A DNA stretch of 64,000 bases. Source: Candidatus Pyrohabitans jungbluthii. GTDB taxonomy: Archaea > Hydrothermarchaeota > Hydrothermarchaeia > Hydrothermarchaeales > BMS3B. A program made the translations under genes and the position numbers. Positions 24,798-34,764 of the stretch are shown here, one piece after another (positions within the stretch are counted from its first letter, which is position 1; each line of letters starts with the position of its first letter). The DNA is taken from assembly GCA_002010065.2 (NCBI GenBank), contig MTMD02000015.1:97768-161767 (forward strand), in the 5' to 3' direction. The notes under the pieces were generated by a model that saw only the letters and a list, made by a program, of their open reading frames with translations, had not been told where the DNA came from and did not search any database.

Positions 24798-26012
24798 TTG
24801 AAATTTGAAGAATTGAAACTTAAAGAAGAAGTTGCCAAGGCGATATCTGATTTTGGTTTTTCTGAAACCACTTCGATTCAAGCTAGGGTGATTCCTCCAG
24901 CGCTTGAGGGTAGAGATGTAATAGGCGAGGCTCCCACCGGTTCTGGTAAAACCCTCGCCTTCGCCATACCAATCGCTGAGAAGATTAAGCGTGATGCTGG
25001 CGTTCAGGCGCTGGTTGTAACCCCAACGAGGGAGCTTGCACTTCAGGTTAGCGAGGTCATAGCTAAGACAACGCGCTACCTGCGCATCCGCGTTGCTACA
25101 GTGTATGGCGGCGTAGCTATAGAGCCGCAGATTCGTGAGCTTCGCAGCGCAGGCGTTGTGGTGGGCACACCTGGAAGGCTGCTCGACCACCTGCGCAGAG
25201 GCACGCTTAAGCTGGGGAAGGTGAAGATACTTGTGCTGGACGAAGCAGACCGCATGCTCGACATGGGTTTCATTGAAGACGTGCAGCGCATAATCCGCCA
25301 CACACCAAGAGAGAGACAGACGCTTCTCTTCTCAGCGACTATTCCACCGGAAATAAAGCGCCTCGCCTCGCGTTTCATGCGCAGCTACCTCCACATTCGC
25401 AATGTAGAGGAGGATAAGCCGGAGATTGAGGAGTGCTTCATTGAGGTTCGCGAGGGAGAGAAGTTCCAGCTCCTGCAGGCGCTTCTCGAGGCTGAGAAGC
25501 CGGAGTCAGCGATAATATTCTGCAACACCAAGATCGTTGCCAGCATTGTGGCTGCCAACTTGGCGAAGCATGGAATGAGCGTCGCTGCGATACACGGCGA
25601 CCTCTCGCAAGCGAAGCGGGAGAGGGTGATGAACAGCTTCCGCGCCGAGAAGCTCCGCATTCTCGTCGCCACCGATGTGGCAGCTCGCGGTATCGACATA
25701 CCAGCAGTGAGCCACATCTTCAACTACGACATTCCAGACAACGGCGACGATTACACCCACAGGATAGGCAGGACTGCACGTGGAGGAGCGAAGGGCAAGG
25801 CGTTCTGCCTGCTCTCGCCGAGTCATCACGACAATATGCGTCGCGTACACAGCGCATTTCCCCACATAGAGCGTAGGGAGTTCGACGCAGAGCTTTCCCG
25901 CTATCCAGCGCTGGACTATCGCTTGGGCAGGCTTCTTCCCAGGAAGGGGCGGCGAAGCTTCTCCAGATCTTTCCCCAGAAGGCGCGGTGGCAGGGATAAG
26001 AAGCGCAGGTAG
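24798..26012 (+). CDS. DEAD-box ATP-dependent RNA helicase with Arg-rich C-terminal tail
   Basis: Q motif TSIQ, APTGSGKT, PTRELA, DEAD (VLDEADRML), SAT, HRIGRTAR. The ORF opens at 24768, but the TTG at 24798 follows AGGTGA and gives the usual MKFEEL start. Confidence 0.85.
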   Translation: MKFEELKLKEEVAKAISDFGFSETTSIQARVIPPALEGRDVIGEAPTGSGKTLAFAIPIAEKIKRDAGVQALVVTPTRELALQVSEVIAKTTRYLRIRVATVYGGVAIEPQIRELRSAGVVVGTPGRLLDHLRRGTLKLGKVKILVLDEADRMLDMGFIEDVQRIIRHTPRERQTLLFSATIPPEIKRLASRFMRSYLHIRNVEEDKPEIEECFIEVREGEKFQLLQALLEAEKPESAIIFCNTKIVASIVAANLAKHGMSVAAIHGDLSQAKRERVMNSFRAEKLRILVATDVAARGIDIPAVSHIFNYDIPDNGDDYTHRIGRTARGGAKGKAFCLLSPSHHDNMRRVHSAFPHIERREFDAELSRYPALDYRLGRLLPRKGRRSFSRSFPRRRGGRDKKRR

Positions 26013-26324
26013 CTACTCCTGACTTACTATCTCAACAATTGCGCTCACTGGTAAGCGTACCTCTTTACCCTTTTCCTCGCCCTTTTCAACTCTGAAAACC
26101 GCCACTCTGGGCGATGTCCCGTGAAACTCAATTTTCCTTGTAATGTAGTCCTTTTCTTCTCCGCCCTGCCTCACCCTAACCCTGAAGGCAACATCGCGGT
26201 AGCCAGCGATGTATGCGATGTCATCAAAGCCGAAGCTTTCGCCAGCGATGGAGCCGTTCTCGCACAGGAGCATTATCGTCGCGATGTGCTTTCCCTGCTT
26301 GAGGCAGACATCGAGAATGCCCAT
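26013..26324 (-). CDS. Hypothetical protein (103 aa)
   Basis: Start taken at the internal ATG (MGILDVCLKQGKH...) because the longer listed ORF would run through the divergent promoter. GAGG lies about 9 nt upstream. No family recognised. Confidence 0.4.
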   Translation of the reverse strand: MGILDVCLKQGKHIATIMLLCENGSIAGESFGFDDIAYIAGYRDVAFRVRVRQGGEEKDYITRKIEFHGTSPRVAVFRVEKGEEKGKEVRLPVSAIVEIVSQE

Positions 26325-26441
26325 GGTTAAAACCTCTGGGTTTAACAATAATAAAGCAGCTTTTCCACAACACTTGCCCACGGAAAAGTTTATATTATAT
26401 GATAAATCATGATAATTTACCTCTTGTGAGCAGGTGGTATC

Positions 26442-27905
26442 ATGTTGCTCAAGGATTTTCTCAGACCGAGTCTTGAGGCTCTCATCGAGGAGAGCAATGT
26501 GATTAAGGAGGACAAGCCTCTTAAGAGCTTGGCCTATGTGGGGATGCCCTGCCAGATTCAGGCTGTGAGGAAGGCGCAATTTTTTGAGGTTAAGTCAAAG
26601 CAGGAGTGGCCCCGCAGGATTAAGGTTACCCTCGGGCTCTTCTGTGCGGAGAGCTTCCCCTACCGCGAGCTGGTGAAGCTCGTGGAGAGCAAAGGCATTA
26701 GCATGGATAAGATAAAGAAGTGGGACATAAAGGGCAAGCTTCTGGGGTACCACGATGAGGGTGTGCTCAAGATACCCCTTAAGGAGGCGAAGAAGTTCGC
26801 CCGTGAAAACTGCCACTACTGCCTTGACTACACCGCTGAGCTCGCGGACATAAGCGTCGGCGCTGTGGGCTCTCCCAAGGGCTGGAATACGGTAATAGCG
26901 AGGACGCCGCGCGGCTTGGCGATAGTCGAAGGTGCCATACACGAGGGCTACCTCGAGACCAGAGAAGTGGACGAGGGCGATAAAGGTTTAGGGCTGCTGA
27001 GGAAGCTCTCAAAGCGCAAGTTTAAGGGCGCGTGGAAGAACAAGGCGAAGAAAGAGGAGAAGGGCGCCAAGGTAATGCACCTGGATACAACGCATGAGCG
27101 CGACCTGGAGAAGCTGCTCTCTCTCACCACTGTAGAGCATCGCATAGACGAGCTCATACGCGATGTTGTTGAACCTGGGCTGTGCGTCACCTGCGGCGCA
27201 TGCGAGGCGAGCTGTGCAGAGAAGATTATTAAGATAGACGAAGATGGCACGCCCCAGAAGCTGAAAGATTGCGAGTCCACAGACTGCGGGCGATGCTATT
27301 CGCTCTGCCCGCGCACAACACTGCCAATAGATTTAATTGAGGAGCACCTCTTCGGGAGCAGGCGCTACCAGTTTGAGAAGCGCATTCTGGGGCAGTACAT
27401 CGCCATATTCTCCTGCCGCGCTGCCAGCGAAGGCATAAGGAAGCGTGGACAGGACGGAGGCGTGGCCACGGCGCTTCTGAAATACATGCTCGACCATGGT
27501 ATCGTCGACGCTGCCGTGAGCGTTACCCAGGGTGATAAGCCCTGGTATCCGGTGAACTACGTCTCCACCAGCAGGGAAGACCTTATGAGAAGCGCCGGTA
27601 CAATATACAGCACAGCCCCCACGATAATCGCCGCGAAGCGTGCACTCAAGCAGCACGAAGAGTTCTCCAAGTACTACAGTTTCCTTGTATCGAAAGGCTT
27701 TTTACCAGAGCTGGCGATCGCTCAGGAAGAGGCGAGCAAGGCCAAGAAGGGCGAGGTTGTAGTGCAGGTTGACGAGGAAGAGCTTAAGCGCAGGCGTGCA
27801 AAGATAGAGGCGGCGCTTGAGCGCATCTCTAAGCCAGCAGTGAAGATGATGATAGAGCAGGGCAAGCATGAGAAAGCTATAGAGATGCTTGTGAAGGAGA
27901 GATGA
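26442..27905 (+). CDS. FrhB/FdhB/FpoF-family F420-binding iron-sulfur flavoprotein with permuted domain order
   Basis: Residues about 30-200 match the FrhB C-terminal part (VGMPCQIQAVRK, CHYCLDYTAELADISVGAVGSPKGWNTVIART). Residues 248-290 hold two ferredoxin-type Cys motifs (CVTCGACEASC, CGRCYSLCP). Residues about 315-405 match the FrhB N-terminal part (RGQDGGVATALLKYML). Confidence 0.75.
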   Translation: MLLKDFLRPSLEALIEESNVIKEDKPLKSLAYVGMPCQIQAVRKAQFFEVKSKQEWPRRIKVTLGLFCAESFPYRELVKLVESKGISMDKIKKWDIKGKLLGYHDEGVLKIPLKEAKKFARENCHYCLDYTAELADISVGAVGSPKGWNTVIARTPRGLAIVEGAIHEGYLETREVDEGDKGLGLLRKLSKRKFKGAWKNKAKKEEKGAKVMHLDTTHERDLEKLLSLTTVEHRIDELIRDVVEPGLCVTCGACEASCAEKIIKIDEDGTPQKLKDCESTDCGRCYSLCPRTTLPIDLIEEHLFGSRRYQFEKRILGQYIAIFSCRAASEGIRKRGQDGGVATALLKYMLDHGIVDAAVSVTQGDKPWYPVNYVSTSREDLMRSAGTIYSTAPTIIAAKRALKQHEEFSKYYSFLVSKGFLPELAIAQEEASKAKKGEVVVQVDEEELKRRRAKIEAALERISKPAVKMMIEQGKHEKAIEMLVKER

Positions 27906-28726
27906 GCATGACGAACATAGGAGTGCTTAAAACTGGTAATATTGCCACTTCTCTCGTTTTAGAGCTTTTACTTGACGAGCGGGCAGACCGCGAGGATATT
28001 AGCGTTGAGGTGTTTTCCACAGGTGCAAAGATGCAGGCAGATGATGCGGAGAAGCTTCTCTCCCGCGTTGATCTCGACGCCTACGATTTAATACTGTACA
28101 CCACCCCCAATCCCAGCGCGCCAGGACCAAAGAAGGTGATAGAGGCACTCAAAGGCAAGCGCGCCATTGTAATTGGCGACGCTCCCGGGGTTAAGATGAA
28201 GGAGAAGCTGGAGGAGTATGGCTTAGGGTATATCTTTATCCTTGCGGACTCCATGATAGGGGCAAGGCGGGAGTTTTTAGACGCTACGGAGATGGCGCTC
28301 TTCAATGCGGACATGCTCAAGGTGCTCGCCGCCACGGGTGCGCTCCGCTTAGTGCAGGAAGAAGTGGACGCGGCGATAGCAGCTGTCAGGAATGGTGAGG
28401 ACTATCTGCCCCGCATTGTTGTAAACGCCGCCAAGGCTGTGGCGAGAGGAAGGTTCTCCAACCCATACGCCAAGGCGAAGGCGAGGGCTGCCTACGAGGC
28501 GGCGGCGCTGGTGGGAGAGCTTAATGTTAAGGGGTGCTTCGTCGTCAAGGAGGCGGAGAAGTACATCCCGATAGTAGCCGGTGCCCACGAGCTGCTGCGA
28601 AGCGCAGCCCGGCTGTGCGACGAGGTTAGAGAACTGGAAAAAGCCACAGACGCCCTTGTGAGGACACCCCACGCGAGAAGCGGAGAGGTGCTGAGCAAGA
28701 CAAAGCTGCTAGAGAAGCCAGAGTAG
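27902..28726 (+). CDS. mtd: F420-dependent methylenetetrahydromethanopterin dehydrogenase
   Basis: Collinear with Mtd as I recall it (LLLDERADREDI, NPSAPGPKK, IGDAPG, MIGARREFLD, MLKVLAATGA, VRTPHA). ATGA overlap with the upstream gene. Confidence 0.85.
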   Translation: MSMTNIGVLKTGNIATSLVLELLLDERADREDISVEVFSTGAKMQADDAEKLLSRVDLDAYDLILYTTPNPSAPGPKKVIEALKGKRAIVIGDAPGVKMKEKLEEYGLGYIFILADSMIGARREFLDATEMALFNADMLKVLAATGALRLVQEEVDAAIAAVRNGEDYLPRIVVNAAKAVARGRFSNPYAKAKARAAYEAAALVGELNVKGCFVVKEAEKYIPIVAGAHELLRSAARLCDEVRELEKATDALVRTPHARSGEVLSKTKLLEKPE

Positions 28727-28779
28727 CCACCAAAACCTTTTTTATAAAGTTAATTTGAGATTTATAGTAGGGTAAAGAG

Positions 28780-29058
28780 ATGAGTGCAGTAGTTGAAATA
28801 AGCAAAAAACTCGGGATTCCGGAAAAAGAACTTGTTTTGAAGGGTATTATTTCCTTTATCGAGAAGGAAATCAGACTGTCTGAGGGAGAGATAGCTGACC
28901 TTAGAGAAAAGTATGACGTTGCAACAAAGGAAGAACTCTATGAGAAGATTAAATCCAAAGATATAGAGAGCCATCCCGCCTGGGAGGATTACATAACCTG
29001 GAAGAATAAGGAGAAATACATCGAAGAGCTTAAAGGCTATCTTAAAAACCTCAGGTGA
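28780..29058 (+). CDS. Small helical protein, putative antitoxin partner of the downstream DUF6516-like gene
   Basis: 92 aa, charged, in an AT-rich islet, 4 nt upstream of the next ORF. No family recognised. Confidence 0.35.
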   Translation: MSAVVEISKKLGIPEKELVLKGIISFIEKEIRLSEGEIADLREKYDVATKEELYEKIKSKDIESHPAWEDYITWKNKEKYIEELKGYLKNLR

Positions 29059-29062
29059 TTCA

Positions 29063-29449
29063 TTGTCCCTCCTCGAAATTTATCTAAAACTCAAACGCAG
29101 GGCTGAAAGAGATTATCCAGATATTGTAAAATCCACGAAATTGATGGGAGGGAAGAGTAATCTTCCGAACAAGCTCCGTATTTATTTCTTAGATGACAGT
29201 TTTCTTGATATCTGGCTCACCCTTGACGGTGACTATTCATACCACTGGGAGAGCACCCTGCAGACCGGGTTGATTCATCGCTGGGATAATGCCCCTGACC
29301 ATCCCGAAATTACCACATTCCCCAAACATTTTCACGAAGGTGCAAAAGAGAACGTTAAAGAGAGCCACATCAGTGAAGACCCCGAAAAGGCTTTCTCTGA
29401 AATATTGGATTTTATAAGGACGAAATTAAAAGGTGTGGAGCAGGGCTAA
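29063..29449 (+). CDS. DUF6516-like protein (family annotated in some databases as TumE-type toxin)
   Basis: YSYHWES...IHRWDNAPDHPEITTFPKHFHEG matches the RxDNAPHH...FPHHKH pattern I associate with DUF6516. Confidence 0.5.
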   Translation: MSLLEIYLKLKRRAERDYPDIVKSTKLMGGKSNLPNKLRIYFLDDSFLDIWLTLDGDYSYHWESTLQTGLIHRWDNAPDHPEITTFPKHFHEGAKENVKESHISEDPEKAFSEILDFIRTKLKGVEQG

Positions 29450-29863
29450 TTAATCCAGCGCAGTTGTGAACATATACTGCGTCGTCGTGGGGAGCTCTCT
29501 GCGGAGTATGCGAATCTCCGGCTTGTATATAAAAAGCTCCTCACCCTCGCAGCTTTTTTCAAGAATCTTAGCCACAGCGATGCATTCCGCTCTGCCCGCG
29601 ATTCGAGCAGTGCCCTTTCCAAACCTGTCGCTGCTCAGCTCTATATAAATCGGCAAACGTAGTGCGCCGTGAAGGTGCTCAGGCACAAGCTTGGCAAGCT
29701 TCTCAAGCTCCGCCCGCTTGAAACGGTGAAGCTCGCCGTCGCGAAGCCTTATCGCCGGCTTTTCCTCGCGAAGAAGTTCGCGCAGGCTGCGCTTCTCTAT
29801 TGCTAAATGACGGTTGAGCGCTCGTATCTGCTTGGCGAGGATGCGAAAGGTTCTGTCTTCCAT
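29450..29863 (-). CDS. UPF0216 (DUF61) family archaeal protein
   Basis: 137 aa. The C-terminal RRELPTTTQYMFT pattern is typical of UPF0216. Confidence 0.5.
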   Translation of the reverse strand: MEDRTFRILAKQIRALNRHLAIEKRSLRELLREEKPAIRLRDGELHRFKRAELEKLAKLVPEHLHGALRLPIYIELSSDRFGKGTARIAGRAECIAVAKILEKSCEGEELFIYKPEIRILRRELPTTTQYMFTTALD

Positions 29864-29947
29864 GTCTTTAGCCTCAGGGGTAACAAAGGGCAGGTTTAGT
29901 ATAAATAGGATGGCTATCTACTGGTTGCTGGGGGGTTCCTATAAATT

Positions 29948-30475
29948 TCATAGCACCTCGTCAGGGAGCAGCGGCACGGTATCCCAGTAGAGCGCCGCCT
30001 CGTCGCCGCTCATGCACCGCCAATGCTTCTCTCCACCCGCTGCGAGGAAAACGCAGATCTCGCCAGCGCATGCCAGGGCACCGCGCTCGTGCTCTGGATA
30101 GAGCAGGACGTAGCGATGCCCCCTGCTCCCTCGCCAAGAGAGCAGGGCTTCGCTGGCGTTGCCTCCACCTGCGTAGAGGTTTTCCGCTATGCTTGAGTAA
30201 GGTATGCCGTACTCGCTGGCGTAGTGGCTCACGCAGTAGCCTTCCGGCGTAACGTGGTCGAAATAGCCTCTCGTCAGCATGTCCTGCGCTCTGAACTTCG
30301 CCAGACGGTAAAAGCGGGAGTCCCAGGCTATCTCGCCTCTGCCGTAGCTTTCGCGGAAAGCGTTTATCTCTTCAAAAGCCCTGAGCTCCTCCTGAGTTGG
30401 ACGCACACTAACATAATACTTCCCTGCTGCAGAGGCTAAAGCGAGGATGACAAGCAGGGCGAAGATTCGTTTCAT
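29948..30475 (-). CDS. Secreted CAP/SCP (PR-1-like) domain protein
   Basis: Signal peptide, then INAFRESYGRGEIAWD...AQDMLTRGYFDHVTPEG...WRGSRGHRYVLL. Confidence 0.7.
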   Translation of the reverse strand: MKRIFALLVILALASAAGKYYVSVRPTQEELRAFEEINAFRESYGRGEIAWDSRFYRLAKFRAQDMLTRGYFDHVTPEGYCVSHYASEYGIPYSSIAENLYAGGGNASEALLSWRGSRGHRYVLLYPEHERGALACAGEICVFLAAGGEKHWRCMSGDEAALYWDTVPLLPDEVL

Positions 30476-30601
30476 AAAACATAGAAGGAGGTATTAACGT
30501 GAACTACTCCAGTGGCAATGAAGCTATTTTTGCATAGGCAATACTAAAACTCGTCCACAAAATAAGAGAATGTAAGTTGAAAAAGTTAAAAAAAGCTACC
30601 C

Positions 30602-31249
30602 TCACCTCGCCTCCATAATCGCCTTGATGCGCTTGAGTTTGAAGAAGTTCTCCCTCTCCATCTCGTCCAAGCGCATCTTTATGTACTTCACAGTAGCTTC
30701 AAGGCGGGGGATGAGCACATTCTCCAGCGCATTAACGCGACGCTTTGTGCTCTCTATCTCCTTGGCGAGGAGCTTTATGCTGCGCTCCACCTCAGCAAGC
30801 TGAACTACAGCAGCGAGAGCTTCTTCGAATCGCGCCGCGGCTTCGTCCAGCTGCGAGGTGGTGTCCGCCAAGCCGTAGCCACGTTCAATAACAGAGCGCG
30901 ATGTCTCCTGGAGCTCCAGCACTGGCACGCGCACGCCCATGATGCTCCGCGTGTAGGTCTCTATCCCAGGTGTCTCCTTGGCGGCGTAGGCACACTGGGT
31001 AACCTTCATCACACCCATGCTCGCCTGAGCCAATATTAAGGCGTTGAAGGCTTCGCGGAGCCTGGCTTCTGCCTGGCGCCGCGCTCCCTTCGCCTCTTCC
31101 AAAATATTGAAAAACTCCATTATAAGGGCGTCGCGCTTCTCCTTGAGCAGACGGTGTCCCTTCTTGGCGAGCTTCACCTTAGTCTTGAGCTTCAACAGCT
31201 CCATTCGCGTCGGGTTGACGCCCTCTATAAGGTCTGCCATCGTCGCCAC
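30602..31249 (-). CDS. atpD: A-type ATP synthase subunit D
   Basis: 215 aa with typical [11 protein letters not shown]...[12 protein letters not shown]. Follows atpB by 1 nt. Confidence 0.9.
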   Translation of the reverse strand: MATMADLIEGVNPTRMELLKLKTKVKLAKKGHRLLKEKRDALIMEFFNILEEAKGARRQAEARLREAFNALILAQASMGVMKVTQCAYAAKETPGIETYTRSIMGVRVPVLELQETSRSVIERGYGLADTTSQLDEAAARFEEALAAVVQLAEVERSIKLLAKEIESTKRRVNALENVLIPRLEATVKYIKMRLDEMERENFFKLKRIKAIMEAR

Positions 31250-31250
31250 C

Positions 31251-32648
31251 CTAACTGCTGCGATACTTGGGGTGGTACTTCTGGATGAACTCGTCCTTAA
31301 TGCGCTTGAGCTCGCGCTCTGGCAGAATGCTCAGCAGATCCCAGCCGATCTCCAGGGTGCGCTCTATATCGCGGTCCTCGTCCCTGCCCTGTGCCACGAA
31401 CTCGCGCTCAAAACGATCCGCGAACTCCAGGTACTTCTTATCCTTCTCTGTCAGAGCTTCCTCACCTACCACCGCCACGAGGTCGCGCAGATCTCTGCCC
31501 TCAGCGTAGGCGCTGTATAACTGGTCGCTCACGTTGGCATGGTCTTCGCGGGTTCTGCCCTTGCCAATACCGCCCTTCATTAAGCGCGAAAGCGAAGGCA
31601 GCACGTCCACGGGTGGGTAGATACCCTTGCGGTAAAGCTCACGAGACAAGACGATCTGTCCCTCGGTGATGTAACCTGTGAGGTCAGGTATTGGGTGGGT
31701 TATATCATCGTCCGGCATGGTTAATATAGGCATCTGAGTTATTGAGCCCTTGCTTCCAGCTACTCTGCCAGCGCGCTCGTAGATCGTGGCCAGGTCGGTG
31801 TACATGTAGCCGGGGTAGCCTCTTCGTCCGGGCACCTCACCGCGAGCGGCGGCTATTTCGCGCAAAGCCTCGCAGTAGTTAGTCATATCTGTGAGGATAA
31901 CCAGAACGTGCATTCCCTGCTCGTACGCAAAGTACTCCGCCGTGGTTAGAGCCATTCTCGGCGTAATTATTCGCTCAATCGCGGGGTCGTCGGCGAGGTT
32001 GAGAAACGCTGTAACCTTCTCCAGCGCGCCGGTGCGCTCGAAGTCGCGCATGAAAAAGCTTGCCTCCTCATAGGTTATACCCATCGCCGCGAACACCACT
32101 GCGAACTCTTCCTCCTCGCCAAGAACTCGTGCCTGTCTCGCAATCTGAGCCGCGAGTTCATTGTGGGGCAAGCCTGAACCTGAGAAGATGGGCAGCTTCT
32201 GCCCGCGCACAAGGGTGTTCATCCCGTCTATGGTGGAGATACCCGTCTGTATGAAGTCCCTGGGGAACTCCCTTGCCGCGGGATTTATCGGGTAACCGTG
32301 GATATCCAGCTCGTCCTCGGGTATTATCTCAGGTCCCTTATCTATTGGTCTGCCAGTACCATCGAATATCCTGCCCAGCATGTCCATGCTCACGGGCAGC
32401 TTCACAGTCTCGCCAGTGAAGCGCACCTTTGTCTTTGAGGTGTCTATTCCGCGGGTGCCCTCGAATACCTGCACCACTGCCTTGCCCATGTGAGCTTCAA
32501 GCACCTGACCGCGGCGCTTCTCCCCGAGGGGGGTCTCAATCTCAACCACTTCGCCGTAGCCCACGCCCTCTACGCCTTCAACAACCATGAGGGGGCCCGC
32601 AACCTCGGTTACTGAGGTATACTCCTTAATCGTGCTCTTCGCCACCAT
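31251..32648 (-). CDS. atpB: A-type ATP synthase subunit B
   Basis: 465 aa with strong family similarity ([25 protein letters not shown]). Confidence 0.95.
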   Translation of the reverse strand: MVAKSTIKEYTSVTEVAGPLMVVEGVEGVGYGEVVEIETPLGEKRRGQVLEAHMGKAVVQVFEGTRGIDTSKTKVRFTGETVKLPVSMDMLGRIFDGTGRPIDKGPEIIPEDELDIHGYPINPAAREFPRDFIQTGISTIDGMNTLVRGQKLPIFSGSGLPHNELAAQIARQARVLGEEEEFAVVFAAMGITYEEASFFMRDFERTGALEKVTAFLNLADDPAIERIITPRMALTTAEYFAYEQGMHVLVILTDMTNYCEALREIAAARGEVPGRRGYPGYMYTDLATIYERAGRVAGSKGSITQMPILTMPDDDITHPIPDLTGYITEGQIVLSRELYRKGIYPPVDVLPSLSRLMKGGIGKGRTREDHANVSDQLYSAYAEGRDLRDLVAVVGEEALTEKDKKYLEFADRFEREFVAQGRDEDRDIERTLEIGWDLLSILPERELKRIKDEFIQKYHPKYRSS

Positions 32649-34415
32649 TTACCTGACCTCCTCCTTAGCCACGAGGGCTTCTATCTGAGCCTTCATCTTG
32701 CTCCGTATCTCTGCTATCGCCTCGTCCACCTTCTCTTCGGGCACATACTTCAGGCGGGCGATGTCGTCCTTAACCTCGAGCTCAGCTATCTCCTTCGCGG
32801 CCACGCCTCTTGAAACGGCGTCCGTAGCCATGTCATAAAACTCCAGCATGACTTCAAGCATCTTGTACTGCTTGCTGGCGCTGCAGTAGGTGTCAACGTC
32901 GTGGAAGGCGTTCTGCTGCAGGAAGTCTTCGCGTATAACTCGCGCGCCTTCCAGCACGATGCGCTCCTTTTCGGGCAAAGCATCGGGACCCACGAGCTGC
33001 ACAATCTCCTGAAGCTCAGCCTCCTTCTGGAGCAGCGCCATCGCCTTGTTTCTCAGGTCAAGCCAGTTCTCGCCCACATTGTCTTTCCACCAGGTGGAGA
33101 TGCTGTCAAGGTAGAGCGAATAGCTGCGCAGCCAGTTTATCGCCGGGAAGTGCCTGCGGTCAGCGAGGCTCGCGTCCAGCGCCCAGAACACCTTGGTTAT
33201 GCGCAGCGTGTTTTGGGTCACGGGTTCAGAGAAATCGCCACCGGGCGGGGAAACAGCACCTATGACGGTTAAGCTACCTATGCGTTCATTGCTTCCTAAT
33301 GTTATAACCCTGCCCGCGCGCTCATAGAAGTTAGCCAAGCGAGAGGCGAGGTAAGCGGGATAACCTTCTTCGCCGGGCATCTCTTCAAGTCTGCCCGAGA
33401 TTTCTCTCATAGCCTCTGCCCATCGCGAGGTGGAGTCCGCCATTAGCGCAACGCTATAGCCCATATCGCGGTAGTACTCGCCCAGGGTTATGCCTGTGTA
33501 AACGCTCGCATCTCTGGCTGCGACAGGCATGTTGCTGGTGTTTGCGATAAGCACAGTGCGCTCCATTAATGGCTTGCCAGTCTTTGGATCTTCAAGGTGG
33601 GGGAACTCCTCAAGCACTTCCGTCATCTCATTCCCGCGCTCACCGCAGCCTATGTAGATGAACACGTGGGCATCGCTCCACTTCGCCAGCTGGTGCCCCA
33701 TCACAGTCTTGCCCGCGCCGAAGGGTCCGGGTATAGAGGCGGTGCCACCCTTGGCAACTGGGAAGAAGGTATCGATAATGCGCTGACCCGAGAGGAGGGG
33801 CTCGCTTGGATCAAGCTTCTCCTTATATGGCCTGCCCCTGCGCACAGGCCAGCGCTGCATCAGCTTAACTTCCTTCTCGCCCTGGTCAGTTTTAATCACG
33901 GCGATTGTCTCTTCCACGGTGTACTTGCCAGCATCCGCGATCTCCACAACCTCGCCGCTTATCCCGGGCGGCACCATTATCTTATGCATTATAAGCTCAG
34001 TCTCGGGCACCTCGCCCAGGAAGTCGCCCTCAACCACGCGGTCGCCCTTCTTGACGAGCGGAGTAAAGTCCCACTTCTTCTTCCTATCCAAGCTGGGCAC
34101 ATCCACGCCGCGCTTGATGAAGGTGCCAGTCTCGTCCCTTATAACCTCCAGGGGGCGCTGCACACCATCGTACATCTGCTTCAGTATTCCCGGACCCAGC
34201 TCAACGCTAAGCTGGGCACCCGTTCCCTGGACGGGCTCGCCCGGCTTCAAGCCAGCGGTCTCCTCATAAACCTGAATCGTCGCCCTATCACCTTCGAGTT
34301 CTATAATCTCTCCCATGAGCCTCTCTTCACCTACTCGCACGACCTCGTACATCATGCTTCCGCGCATTCCCTCAGCAACCACCACAGGACCGGCGATTTT
34401 GATTATTTTTCCCAT
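32649..34415 (-). CDS. atpA: A-type ATP synthase catalytic subunit A
   Basis: 588 aa, Walker A GPFGAGKT, no intein. Abuts atpB. Confidence 0.95.
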   Translation of the reverse strand: MGKIIKIAGPVVVAEGMRGSMMYEVVRVGEERLMGEIIELEGDRATIQVYEETAGLKPGEPVQGTGAQLSVELGPGILKQMYDGVQRPLEVIRDETGTFIKRGVDVPSLDRKKKWDFTPLVKKGDRVVEGDFLGEVPETELIMHKIMVPPGISGEVVEIADAGKYTVEETIAVIKTDQGEKEVKLMQRWPVRRGRPYKEKLDPSEPLLSGQRIIDTFFPVAKGGTASIPGPFGAGKTVMGHQLAKWSDAHVFIYIGCGERGNEMTEVLEEFPHLEDPKTGKPLMERTVLIANTSNMPVAARDASVYTGITLGEYYRDMGYSVALMADSTSRWAEAMREISGRLEEMPGEEGYPAYLASRLANFYERAGRVITLGSNERIGSLTVIGAVSPPGGDFSEPVTQNTLRITKVFWALDASLADRRHFPAINWLRSYSLYLDSISTWWKDNVGENWLDLRNKAMALLQKEAELQEIVQLVGPDALPEKERIVLEGARVIREDFLQQNAFHDVDTYCSASKQYKMLEVMLEFYDMATDAVSRGVAAKEIAELEVKDDIARLKYVPEEKVDEAIAEIRSKMKAQIEALVAKEEVR

Positions 34416-34435
34416 AATCTACCACCTCATGACCA

Positions 34436-34756
34436 TTATTCTATCTTTATATCCACGCCCACGGCGCGGCGCACAAGCTCCTTAAGCGGGTCCACCTTCT
34501 TCTCTATGGGCCCAGCTTTGTCAGGTATCTCCACCAGAAGCGGAAAGCTCCTCTTTTCCAGCAGTTTCTCCACGTCGCCGCGTATCTTGTCCACCAGACG
34601 CTCTGTTATGATCACAAGCCCCACATTTTCCTTCTTGACCACCTCACGCAGCCTCTCCAGCGCCTCCTCAGGCGAGTTTACGGCATAGCCCTCCTTAACT
34701 CCAGCCAGGCGAAATCCAACAACGGTGTCAAAGTCTGCGATAACGCTTATCTTCAT
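34436..34756 (-). CDS. atpF: A-type ATP synthase subunit F
   Basis: 106 aa with the MKISVIADFDTVVGFRLAGV pattern. Confidence 0.85.
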   Translation of the reverse strand: MKISVIADFDTVVGFRLAGVKEGYAVNSPEEALERLREVVKKENVGLVIITERLVDKIRGDVEKLLEKRSFPLLVEIPDKAGPIEKKVDPLKELVRRAVGVDIKIE

Positions 34757-34764
34757 TGCACCAC

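Noticed and set aside
24705-25301. 198-aa minus-strand ORF opposite the start of the DEAD-box helicase
   Set aside because: It is antisense to clear helicase motifs. It is a frame artefact.
26325-26579. N-terminal 85-codon extension of listed ORF 26013..26579, and the imperfect inverted repeat GTTAAAACC-TCT-GGGTTTAAC (26326-26346)
   Set aside because: The extension would run through the TATA/SD region and overlap the start of the divergent FrhB-like gene, so the internal ATG at 26324 with GAGG upstream is preferred. The inverted repeat may be an operator or a 5' hairpin, but a single imperfect copy is not enough to call.
30487-30537. Strong GGAGG + 7 nt + GTG with a 12-codon ORF between atpD and the CAP-domain gene
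   Set aside because: The ORF is only 12 codons, on the strand opposite both neighbours, with no conservation argument available. It is probably a chance SD-like sequence.
33597-34688. 363-aa ORF on the plus strand across atpA/atpF
   Set aside because: It is antisense to an unambiguous atpA gene, its translation is low-complexity with no recognisable motifs, and it has no start context. Long stop-free antisense frames are expected opposite GC-rich, codon-biased genes.
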